A stretch of DNA of 41,333 nt from Opitutales bacterium (GTDB lineage: Bacteria; Verrucomicrobiota; Verrucomicrobiia; Opitutales; UBA953): assembly GCA_044375965.1 (NCBI GenBank), contig JBILLR010000001.1, positions 1-41,333 on the forward strand, in the 5' to 3' direction. Below the pieces are notes generated by a model. That model did no database searches and had not been told where the DNA came from. It worked only from the letters and a program-made list of their open reading frames with translations. Within the stretch, counting starts at the first letter, position 1. Each line of letters starts with the position of its first letter. Positions 20,479 to 28,128 of this stretch are shown here, piece by piece. A program made the translations under genes and the position numbers.

Positions 20479-21960
20479 TCAGTTCTTCGGGATGCGGTTC
20501 AGCGTGTAATACGCGTCCGCATGGTCGAGCGGTTCCCCGGCGGCCGAACGGATGCCGTCCGCATGGAGCTCGTGGATGTAAAGTTCCCGGCGGCCGTCGA
20601 CCTTGAGCCGCACGCTGAGGCCGTCCGCGGCGACCTGGGCCGAGACGATGGCGTTCGGCGCGGCCTGAATCTCATCGCTGCCATAGGCTCCCGAATAGAA
20701 AAGTGTGTAGTTGCTCATGCGGTAGGAGGCGAGGTCCCCGGCTCGGGCGACGTCGACGGGCTTGGTGAAGACGAGTTCGAAGCCGTCCGGCCTGGCCTTC
20801 ATCTCCTTGATGGAGAAGGGCACGGTGCCGTTGTAGCGGAGCCGCTGCAGGCCGTAGGCCTTGGTGCCGAGCGACGACCATCCACGGCTGGTCATCCCGA
20901 CCATGAGCGAACCATCCGGGGCGAAGTTGAGTCGGACGATGCCGGAGGCGAAACCGCCGACGAACGGGAAGCAGGCGCCCTGATACTCGCCGTCGACCTT
21001 CTCCATGAAGACGCGGCTGATCTTGGCGTCGGTGAACTCGGCCACGAGCATCTGGCCGTCGAAGGGCCCGAACTTTCCGCCGGCGTCGCACGTGACGAGG
21101 TCGGTGCCGCTGCGTCCGACTTTGTTATAAGGCATCCAGACCGCCGGGGGACGCATCTCGGGCAGGGCTTTCATGGCTTCCGGATAAGGAACCTTCTCGG
21201 GGACCTTGGCGGAGAGCTTGAGCGGAGATTCCGGACGGTCCTGCGAGGCGATGCCTTCCGGGTTCAGGAAGAAGGCGCCCTTGCGGAGGTGATAGATCGG
21301 GGTGGTCGGGATCCACGTGCCCTGCTGGTCGACGCAGAACATGTCGCCGGCGAGGTTGGTGCCGAGTCCGCACGGCGAGCGCATGCCGGCCGCCATGGGC
21401 ACGAACTTGCCGTCCTTATCGAGGACGCCACCCCAGCCGCGCCAAGGGGCCTTGTTGTCGGAGTGGTCGCCCATGTCCAGATTGAGGGTGACCCATAGCT
21501 GACCCAGGCCGTCGCGCTTGGGTCCGTAGGCGTAGCCGTGATAGGCGCCGGAGACGTTCCAACCCGCGCCCGCGGTGAGGTATTCGTCGGCGACGCCGTC
21601 GCCGTCGGTGTCGCGCAGACGCGTGGTCTCGGTGCGTTGGGTGACGAGCAGGTCCTGGCCGTCGCGCAGGAGGCCGAGCGGCTCATGCAGGCCCGAGGCG
21701 AAGAGCTGGTAGCTGACCTTGTCGGGCTTGGGGGCGAGGACGCCGTCGAGCAGCCAGACCTCGCCCTTGCGGATGGTGAGCGCGAGCTTGCCGTCGGCGG
21801 TCCAATCCATGCCGCTGACTTCGAGCGCGAGGCCGTCGCCCGGCTTCCAATCCTTGGCGCGCGTATCGGCGGCGGTGCTTGCCGTCAGGATGTCGGCGAT
21901 GTCGTAAGACGCCCCGGAAAGCGAAGCGGCGGCGAGAAGGGCGGCGAAGGTGGCTTTCAT
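20479..21960 (-). CDS. exported beta-propeller protein resembling glucose/sorbosone-dehydrogenase-like ('PVC membrane-bound dehydrogenase domain') proteins, with C-terminal Ig-like domain
   Basis: The ATG at 21960 overlaps the upstream stop (ATGA). Signal peptide 'MKATFAALLAAASLSGA'. Blade-like repeats are present, with 'DTDGDGVADEY', 'GMRSPCGLGTN' and 'APDGSLMVGMTSRGW'. The family call is by resemblance only. Confidence 0.65.
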   Translation of the reverse strand: MKATFAALLAAASLSGASYDIADILTASTAADTRAKDWKPGDGLALEVSGMDWTADGKLALTIRKGEVWLLDGVLAPKPDKVSYQLFASGLHEPLGLLRDGQDLLVTQRTETTRLRDTDGDGVADEYLTAGAGWNVSGAYHGYAYGPKRDGLGQLWVTLNLDMGDHSDNKAPWRGWGGVLDKDGKFVPMAAGMRSPCGLGTNLAGDMFCVDQQGTWIPTTPIYHLRKGAFFLNPEGIASQDRPESPLKLSAKVPEKVPYPEAMKALPEMRPPAVWMPYNKVGRSGTDLVTCDAGGKFGPFDGQMLVAEFTDAKISRVFMEKVDGEYQGACFPFVGGFASGIVRLNFAPDGSLMVGMTSRGWSSLGTKAYGLQRLRYNGTVPFSIKEMKARPDGFELVFTKPVDVARAGDLASYRMSNYTLFYSGAYGSDEIQAAPNAIVSAQVAADGLSVRLKVDGRRELYIHELHADGIRSAAGEPLDHADAYYTLNRIPKN

Positions 21961-24068
21961 TTCCAGAGGTAGGTGAAGACGCGACGGCCTTCGGCTGTGG
22001 ATTCCTTCACGTCGACGACCATCCCCGCGGGATGATGGATCGTGGGCCGGAAATCCGGCGTGGGCGCCCAGGTGACGGTGCGGCGCAGGCCGTTCTCGAG
22101 GCCTTCGAAAGCCTCTGCGACCTTCACGCCGCCCTGTTCGTTCAGGAACGTGGGGTTTCCCTTGGCATCGAGACGATAGCCGAGGAAACGGCCGGTGGGC
22201 TTGGGCCAGGCGACGACCTGTTCGCCGATGGGCTTCTCGAACGTCGGGAAGCGCGAGAACCATGTCAGGTAGGCGTCGAAGAAACGTCCCTTCCACGCAA
22301 GGCCGGGGCCGCCCTTGTCGCCGTCATACGCGAGGTGCACGCCGGTCGGGAAGCCGACGAGGATCGCGCGCACGCCTACGCCGTCGAGGAACGCACGCTG
22401 GACCACGGGACGGTCCTTGGGCACGATCTCGAACTCACCGTTGCGGTTCTGCGGGAAGCCTTCCGGCTCCCCGTTGGCGCTCTCGGCGAACTTGTAGATC
22501 GCGGCGATCTGCTTGTCGGTGTCGCCGCCGAGGATGGTCGGGTTGAACGATTTGCCTCCCGGCCAGAACGATGGCATCAGCGTCCCCGGACGATACCCTG
22601 CCGGGTTGATGAGATACTCGCGGAGCCAGCCTTCCTGAAGGCGCGCGGCGATGTTGCTGATGTCGGGTCCTTGGATGCCCAACGAGGGACGATCACCCCA
22701 ACGGTGGCAGGTGATGCACCCTGCGCCCCCTTGCGTGCCCAGCAGTTTGCGCCCGGCGGTGTCGTCGCCGCCTTCGAACTTCAAGGCCGTCCGCGCATCG
22801 GCGACGCCGAGGAGCTTGGCGAGGTCCGCCGTGGCGGCGCCGAACTGCGGCATCTTGGTCTTCAGGTAAGGACGGATCCGGGTCTCATCCCCCTTATAAT
22901 GGCTCGTGAACAGCTCGGCGCCTTTGGCGTCGGCGCGCGGAGCAAGCACCTTGGCCAGCCACTCGGGGCGCAGCTTGCCGCCGATGCCGGTCAAGGGCGG
23001 CGGATAGCGGCCGGTGTCGCCGAGGTTATGGTCACCTTGGAAGTAGGGCTTACGCGCGGCGTCCGGACCGCCCAGACCATCGCGCTCATGGCAGGCGACG
23101 CAGTTGAGGGCGTGCAAAGTGAGGTCGGCGGCGAGCTTGGGCGAGGCGACTTCGTCCTTCCTCGCGAGGAAGAGCTTCAACGAGGCGCGCTGGGCCTCGC
23201 TGAGCGCATAGCGCGGGCCGTTGGCATGACCGGCGTCGAGACAGCCCTCTTCGTTCTTCTTCAGCGCCACCGGCTTGGCCGCGGCGTCCTTCGGCAGGTC
23301 GTGACAGGCGGCGCACCGGGCGGCGATGACGGCCTTGCGGCCGGCGATCGCGAGGTTCTTGTCGGCGACGACGGAGACCACCGGGTTGTCCAGGCGTCCG
23401 TCGCTGCCCTGGAACTCCAGAAGGTAGCCGGCGATGTCGATGGCATCCTGCTTGTCCATGGACGTCTTGGGCATGCGTCCGTCGGTCCGCACCTTGAGCG
23501 GGTCGAGGATGAAGGCGCTGAGGCTATCGAGGCTGTACTTCGCCTTGAGATCGCCGAGAGCGACGCTTCGGTGCGTGAACTCGGAAGCCTTGGGCGCGCC
23601 TTCCGGCGGCACGAAATCCTGGCCAGGCGCATGGCACGCGACGCAGCCAAGCGTATTGAAAAGGTCGCCTCCGCGACGTCCGTTCACATGCAGGATCTTG
23701 GCCGGAGCCTTGGCGGCGGCCTTCGGCTTGAGCGAGGCGAGGTAATGTTCGATCGCGACGAGCGCCTGGGCGTCAGCCTTCGCCAGCACCTGCGGCATGA
23801 CGGTGCCGGGGTGGGCCGACGCGGGATCAGCGATGAATTTTTTGAGCCACTCGGAGCGGACACGCTGGGTCACGGTCGCAAGGGCGGGGCCACGCAGGGC
23901 CGGCAGGCCGGTCTCGCCACCGTGGCAATTGACGCAGCCCAGCTCGTTATAAAGCAGCCGACCCCCTTCGGCCGTCGGCGTGGCGGCATGGAAGCGCTCG
24001 AACCCGGTGACCAAAGGTTCGGCATGCAGCGCGACGGCGCCGAGCAGGATGGCGAAACGCAGCATCAT
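21957..24068 (-). CDS. exported multihaem c-type cytochrome (5 CxxCH motifs) with C-terminal domain of unknown function
   Basis: The ATG at 24068 overlaps the upstream stop (ATGA). Signal peptide 'MMLRFAILLGAVALHA'. Haem motifs are CVNCH, CVACH, CAACH, CVACH and CITCH, with candidate Met ligands in 'GTVMP', 'DGRMPK', 'KTKMPQF' and 'GTLMPSFW'. Confidence 0.8.
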   Translation of the reverse strand: MMLRFAILLGAVALHAEPLVTGFERFHAATPTAEGGRLLYNELGCVNCHGGETGLPALRGPALATVTQRVRSEWLKKFIADPASAHPGTVMPQVLAKADAQALVAIEHYLASLKPKAAAKAPAKILHVNGRRGGDLFNTLGCVACHAPGQDFVPPEGAPKASEFTHRSVALGDLKAKYSLDSLSAFILDPLKVRTDGRMPKTSMDKQDAIDIAGYLLEFQGSDGRLDNPVVSVVADKNLAIAGRKAVIAARCAACHDLPKDAAAKPVALKKNEEGCLDAGHANGPRYALSEAQRASLKLFLARKDEVASPKLAADLTLHALNCVACHERDGLGGPDAARKPYFQGDHNLGDTGRYPPPLTGIGGKLRPEWLAKVLAPRADAKGAELFTSHYKGDETRIRPYLKTKMPQFGAATADLAKLLGVADARTALKFEGGDDTAGRKLLGTQGGAGCITCHRWGDRPSLGIQGPDISNIAARLQEGWLREYLINPAGYRPGTLMPSFWPGGKSFNPTILGGDTDKQIAAIYKFAESANGEPEGFPQNRNGEFEIVPKDRPVVQRAFLDGVGVRAILVGFPTGVHLAYDGDKGGPGLAWKGRFFDAYLTWFSRFPTFEKPIGEQVVAWPKPTGRFLGYRLDAKGNPTFLNEQGGVKVAEAFEGLENGLRRTVTWAPTPDFRPTIHHPAGMVVDVKESTAEGRRVFTYLWK

Positions 24069-24991
24069 GCGGTCTCGCGGACGCACTTCTCGACGTAAGC
24101 GCGCGACTCGTTGATGAGCGCGGTGACCTCGGCGGTGGTCGGCATGACGGGGATGCCGCGCGGCGTGGGATGCATGAACAGCTCCACCTGGCCGTTGAAA
24201 CGGATGTCGCGGAGGGCCTTCACGATCGGGCGGTAGTCGAGCTTGCCGCGGCCGGCCATCTGGCGGAGCTCTTCTTCCTTCGAGGCCTTCTTGAAGATGC
24301 CCTCGGAGTGTTCCTGGAAATACATGAACGGCAGGTTGCGCGCGCCGAGGTCGCGGAGCAGCGCCGGGATCTGGTCGGCCCACTCGTGCAGGTGGTGGGG
24401 CGCGAAAGCCACGCCCAGCGCGGGCGACTTGTTCAGCTCGGCGAAGGCGCGGAGGGAGTCCGGATGATGCAGGGCTTGGTTCGAGTGGTTCTCGATCGCG
24501 ATGCGCACGCCCAGCTCCTCGGCCTTGGCGGCATGCGGCTTCATCTCTTCGAGGAACTTGGCGATGGCCGCCTTGGCCGCGGCGCCGGAGGGATTCTTCG
24601 GTCCGGTGCTGCCGCAGACGACGGTCGTGCCGCCGTGCCGCTTCACCCAGGCCATCTCCTCCTGGAGCTTGAAAGGCCCGAGGGGATAGCGGGTGCTCAC
24701 GCCGACCTTCACGCCATGCTTCTTCAGCAGGGCCGCGAAGGCTTCGTCGCCGAGCGCGGCGGCCTGCTCACGCTGGTCGCCATGCACCTTGCACCAGATG
24801 TCGAGCGACTCGCTGCCGGTCTTGGCGACCTCGGGCAGCACCTCGGCGAGCGGGGCGTAGCCGTACATCGCAGATGACAGCACGTAGCGCAGGCGGAAAG
24901 GCTCCGCGGCTTGGGCCCGCAGAGCGGGCGCGGTGGCGACCGCGGCGGCGGCGAGGCCGGCGGAACGAAGGAAGTCGCGACGGGATAGCAT
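24065..24991 (-). CDS. TAT-exported xylose-isomerase-like TIM-barrel protein (sugar phosphate isomerase/epimerase family)
   Basis: ATG at 24991. Twin-arginine leader 'MLSRRDFLRSAGLAAAAVATAPALRAQA'. 'RIAIENHS' and the overall pattern are typical of the AP_endonuc_2/TIM-barrel family. Confidence 0.8.
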   Translation of the reverse strand: MLSRRDFLRSAGLAAAAVATAPALRAQAAEPFRLRYVLSSAMYGYAPLAEVLPEVAKTGSESLDIWCKVHGDQREQAAALGDEAFAALLKKHGVKVGVSTRYPLGPFKLQEEMAWVKRHGGTTVVCGSTGPKNPSGAAAKAAIAKFLEEMKPHAAKAEELGVRIAIENHSNQALHHPDSLRAFAELNKSPALGVAFAPHHLHEWADQIPALLRDLGARNLPFMYFQEHSEGIFKKASKEEELRQMAGRGKLDYRPIVKALRDIRFNGQVELFMHPTPRGIPVMPTTAEVTALINESRAYVEKCVRETA

Positions 24992-24995
24992 GAAC

Positions 24996-25685
24996 TTACT
25001 TCTTGGCGACTTCGGCCTCGAGCATCTTGATCCACGGGCCGACGAACGCGCCATTGTCGTGGAAGGTGCGGCCGCTGACCATGTGGCGGTCGATGACGAC
25101 GGGGGCGTTGACGAAGATGCCGCCGCAGACCTCGAGGTCGAACTTGCACTTCGGTACGGTGGCCATGCGCAGGCCCTTCACGATGCCGGCGCGGGCGGGG
25201 ATCTCGACGCCGTGGCAGACGCTCATCATCGGCTTCTTGTTCTCCCAGAACCAGCGCGTGGCGGCGAGCAGGGCCTCGTCCTCGCGGATATACTCCGGAG
25301 CGCGGCCGCCGCTGAAGAAGATACCGACGTATTCCTCCGGCTTGATGTCCTTGAAGGCGATGTCCGAGTTGATCGTGTAGCCCTCCCACTCCTTGGTGAT
25401 CGTCCAGCCGGGCTTCACCTCGTGAAGGACGGTCTGGTAGACGCGCTTCTCGGGCGTCGCGAACACGGGCTGGAAGCCGGCTTCCTGCAGGCGGTAGACC
25501 GGATACATCGTGTCGAGCAGCTCGGTGGCGTCGCCGATGACGATCAGCACCTTGGGCTTCTTGGCGTTCTCGGGCTTGTCGGCGCCCGAAGAGATCGAGG
25601 CCTGGTTCTTGTTGTCGATGAGCCCGGCGGCGACGGCGAACGAGCACAGGCCGAGCAGGCCGACGGTGAGGAGGCGGAGTTTCAT
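24996..25685 (-). CDS. exported DJ-1/PfpI-family protein
   Basis: ATG at 25685. Signal peptide 'MKLRLLTVGLLGLCSFAVAAG'. Typical PfpI strings are 'KVLIVIGDATELLD', 'FFSGGRAPEY', the nucleophile elbow 'MMSVCHGVEI' and 'VVIDRHMVSGRTFHD'. Confidence 0.8.
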   Translation of the reverse strand: MKLRLLTVGLLGLCSFAVAAGLIDNKNQASISSGADKPENAKKPKVLIVIGDATELLDTMYPVYRLQEAGFQPVFATPEKRVYQTVLHEVKPGWTITKEWEGYTINSDIAFKDIKPEEYVGIFFSGGRAPEYIREDEALLAATRWFWENKKPMMSVCHGVEIPARAGIVKGLRMATVPKCKFDLEVCGGIFVNAPVVIDRHMVSGRTFHDNGAFVGPWIKMLEAEVAKK

Positions 25686-25768
25686 GGGGGTAGCAGGACT
25701 ATATCCTTTCTTGCCCGCAAAGTCATTACAGGTATGATGCACTAAATGTAAGGTTTTTGGTCAGACCC

Positions 25769-26932
25769 ATGCCCTCTCCCTCCCATCGTCGCGCGCCGCG
25801 GGTCGCCCTCCTCATCGAGACCACCCGCACGTATACGCGCGAACTCCTCGCCGGCGTCCGCAGCTACGTGGCGGCGCACGGCCCTTGGTCGACCTACCTC
25901 GAACTCCGCGCCCTGGACTCCTCACCCCCGACCTGGCTGAAGGACTGGGACGGCGACGGCATCCTCACCCGCACCTTCAGCGCGGAGACCTCCAAACTTG
26001 TCGCCGCCACCGGCCTGCCCGCGGTCGAGCTGCGTTCCACGCACTTCGCCGGCGGCCGCCCCTTCGTGGGCTGCGACAACGAGGACATCGGCCGCATGGT
26101 GGCGGAGCACTTCTATGAGCGGGGCTTCCGGCACTTCGCCGCCTACAGTCAGCGCAACGAGCAGTTCTTCGTCGAGCGCGTGGCGAACTTCAAGAAAGTC
26201 GTCCGTACATACGGACTTCGGTGCCATGAACTCCCCGAGGACCACCCGGAACGCGCCCCGGACTGGGAGCAGAGCCAGGCCCGCCTGATCCAATGGATCG
26301 CGCAGCTGCCTAAGCCGGTGGGCATCTTCGCCTCGACCGACCAGCTCGGCGTGCGCCTGCTCGAGGCCTGCCAGACCGCCGGCGTGGCGGTGCCGGAAGA
26401 GGTCGCCGTCGTCGGCGCCGAGAACGAGGAGACGCTCTGCAGTTTCACCACCCCGCCGCTTTCCAGCGTGCGCTACGACGGTCATGCCGTCGGCTTCGCC
26501 GCCGCGGAACTGCTTGACCGGCTCATGCGCGGGAAGTCCTCCCGGGCCAAGCCGACGCTCATCGCCCCGAAAGGCATCGAGGTGCGCGGATCTTCCGGCG
26601 AGCGCGTGATCGGCGATCGGCTGGTGGCCCGGGCGGTCGCCCTCATCCGCGAAGGCGCCGCGCGCGGCCTCGACGTCAACGAACTCGCCGCGAAACTGGG
26701 CGCTTCGCGCAGCACCCTCGACCGTCGCATGAAGGCGGCCTTGAAGCGCTCGCCGAAGGACGAGATCCTGCGCGTGCGCTTCGCGGAGGTGGAACGTCTC
26801 CTGCGCGAGACGAACCTGACGATCGACCTCATCGCCGAACAGACCGGCTTCACGCACAGCCATTACCTGCAGGCGGCTTTCAAGGCCCGGACGAAGCTTA
26901 CGCCGGGCAAGTTCCGCCGGGCCCAGGCCTGA
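25769..26932 (+). CDS. XylR-like transcriptional regulator (periplasmic-binding-protein-like sensor domain + AraC-type HTH)
   Basis: 'RVALLIETTRTYTRELLAGV', 'WDGDGILTR' and 'GVAVPEEVAVVGAENEE' indicate a LacI/PBP-like fold. The C-terminal 'IDLIAEQTGFTHSHYLQAAFKARTKLTPGKFR' is an AraC HTH. The ATG at 25769 is preferred over the track's TTG at 25757. Confidence 0.85.
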   Translation: MPSPSHRRAPRVALLIETTRTYTRELLAGVRSYVAAHGPWSTYLELRALDSSPPTWLKDWDGDGILTRTFSAETSKLVAATGLPAVELRSTHFAGGRPFVGCDNEDIGRMVAEHFYERGFRHFAAYSQRNEQFFVERVANFKKVVRTYGLRCHELPEDHPERAPDWEQSQARLIQWIAQLPKPVGIFASTDQLGVRLLEACQTAGVAVPEEVAVVGAENEETLCSFTTPPLSSVRYDGHAVGFAAAELLDRLMRGKSSRAKPTLIAPKGIEVRGSSGERVIGDRLVARAVALIREGAARGLDVNELAAKLGASRSTLDRRMKAALKRSPKDEILRVRFAEVERLLRETNLTIDLIAEQTGFTHSHYLQAAFKARTKLTPGKFRRAQA

Positions 26933-28003
26933 TCAGCGGCGCAGGCCGACGACGTCCTCGGGCTCGGCCCAGGCGAAGACCTTGGCCTTGGAGCCCACCC
27001 GCTGACGGGGGTTGGCTTCGGCGATGCGGAGGACGGTGCCCTCCGGGGTCTTGAAGTCGTGCAGGGAGACGTCGCCTTGGAAGAGCGAGGCCACGATCTC
27101 GCCGGCGAAGGCGTTCTCGTCGGGCGCCATGAAATCGAGCTTCAGGCACTCCGGACGGATGCACACCGTGATCGCGTCGCCGGTTGCGGGCGGAGCATCG
27201 GGCGTGGCCAGCGCACCGCGGACTTCGCCCACGGGAGTCTCCGCCACGAACTCGCCCGCCCCGACCTGCGTGACCTTGCCGGGCACGAGGTTGGCGGCGC
27301 CGAGGAAAGACGCGGTCCAGCTGTCCGCGGGCCGGCGGTAAAGGTCGATGGGACGGCCGGCCTGCACGATGCGGCCGGCGCGCATGACGGCCAGCCGGTC
27401 GGCCATGGCATAAGCGTCCTTCTGGTCGTGCAGCACGCAGAGCACCGTCACGCCCGTCGCGCGCACCAAGGCGCGGATGGCCTCGCGGACTTCCAGGCGC
27501 GAGGCGGCGTCGAGGTTGCTCAACGGTTCGTCGAGCAGCAGGACGGACGGGCGGAGCGCGAGGGCGCGGGCCAAGGCCACGCGTTGTTGCTGGCCGCCGG
27601 AGAGTTCCTGGGGACGCCGTTCCGCCCAGGCGTCGGCGCCGACGAGCCGGAGGGCTTCGAGGGCGCGCGTCTTGACCTCCGCCGCGGCGAGTTTTTCCGC
27701 ATCGAAGGAGAACGCCGCGTTCTCGAGCACGCTCAGGTGCGGGAAGAGCGCGTAGTTCTGGGGCACGAAACCGAAACCGCGGGACGCGGCCGGCGTGAAC
27801 GTGATGTCGCGGTCGCCCAGCAGCATCGAACCGCCCTGGGATTCCTGCTGGCCGGCGAGCAGCTTCAGCAAGGTCGTCTTGCCGCTGCCCGAGGGACCGA
27901 GCAGGCAGCAGAGCGTCCCGGACTCCACGACGAGGTCCACCCCGTCTAGGACGACGGCGGATCCGAACTGGCGGCGCAGGCCGGTGAGGCGGAGGGTGGG
28001 CAC
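26933..28003 (-). CDS. ABC transporter ATP-binding protein (PotA/FbpC/MalK-like, with C-terminal TOBE-like domain); no cognate permease or binding protein adjacent
   Basis: Walker A 'GPSGSGKTT', Q-loop 'VPQNYALFPHLSV', signature 'LSGGQQQRVALARAL' and Walker B 'LLLDEPLSNLD'. The start is probably GTG 28003 ('PTLRLTGL...'); the track uses TTG 28039. Confidence 0.85.
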   Translation of the reverse strand: MPTLRLTGLRRQFGSAVVLDGVDLVVESGTLCCLLGPSGSGKTTLLKLLAGQQESQGGSMLLGDRDITFTPAASRGFGFVPQNYALFPHLSVLENAAFSFDAEKLAAAEVKTRALEALRLVGADAWAERRPQELSGGQQQRVALARALALRPSVLLLDEPLSNLDAASRLEVREAIRALVRATGVTVLCVLHDQKDAYAMADRLAVMRAGRIVQAGRPIDLYRRPADSWTASFLGAANLVPGKVTQVGAGEFVAETPVGEVRGALATPDAPPATGDAITVCIRPECLKLDFMAPDENAFAGEIVASLFQGDVSLHDFKTPEGTVLRIAEANPRQRVGSKAKVFAWAEPEDVVGLRR

Positions 28004-28128
28004 GGGCCGAACGTAGGCCGAAGCCCCGCCGGGGCGCAAGGTCGCCCGCCGACTGTGAATGCTTTCCGCCCGGACTTCGGCTTCCCACGCTTGCCACCGG
28101 GCCGGTTTCGGGCAAGTTGACGGCTCCC

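Noticed and set aside
19636-21498. 620-aa plus-strand ORF antisense to the MATE and beta-propeller genes
   Set aside because: It crosses an intergenic gap between two real minus-strand genes and is Arg/Gly/Asp/Glu-rich. It is a GC-bias artefact.
21961-22296. N-terminal extensions of minus-strand ORFs in the track (20479..22296, 21957..24383, 24065..25054, 24996..25742, 33625..35139, 16369..17469)
   Set aside because: The extensions are Arg/Pro/Gly-rich, overlap the upstream gene, and precede an internal start immediately followed by a signal peptide or the conserved core. Internal starts also create ATGA/TTGA coupling with the upstream stops.
21879-24098. 739-aa plus-strand ORF antisense to the cytochrome c gene
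   Set aside because: Low-complexity Arg/Gly/Ala/Glu composition, whereas the opposite strand encodes a signal peptide, five CxxCH motifs and ATGA-coupled neighbours.
25686-25768. Promoter or operator motifs in the divergent region between the DJ-1/PfpI operon and the XylR-like gene
   Set aside because: I found only poor hexamer matches and a 4-bp inverted repeat (AGGA...TCCT). Nothing there could be defended.
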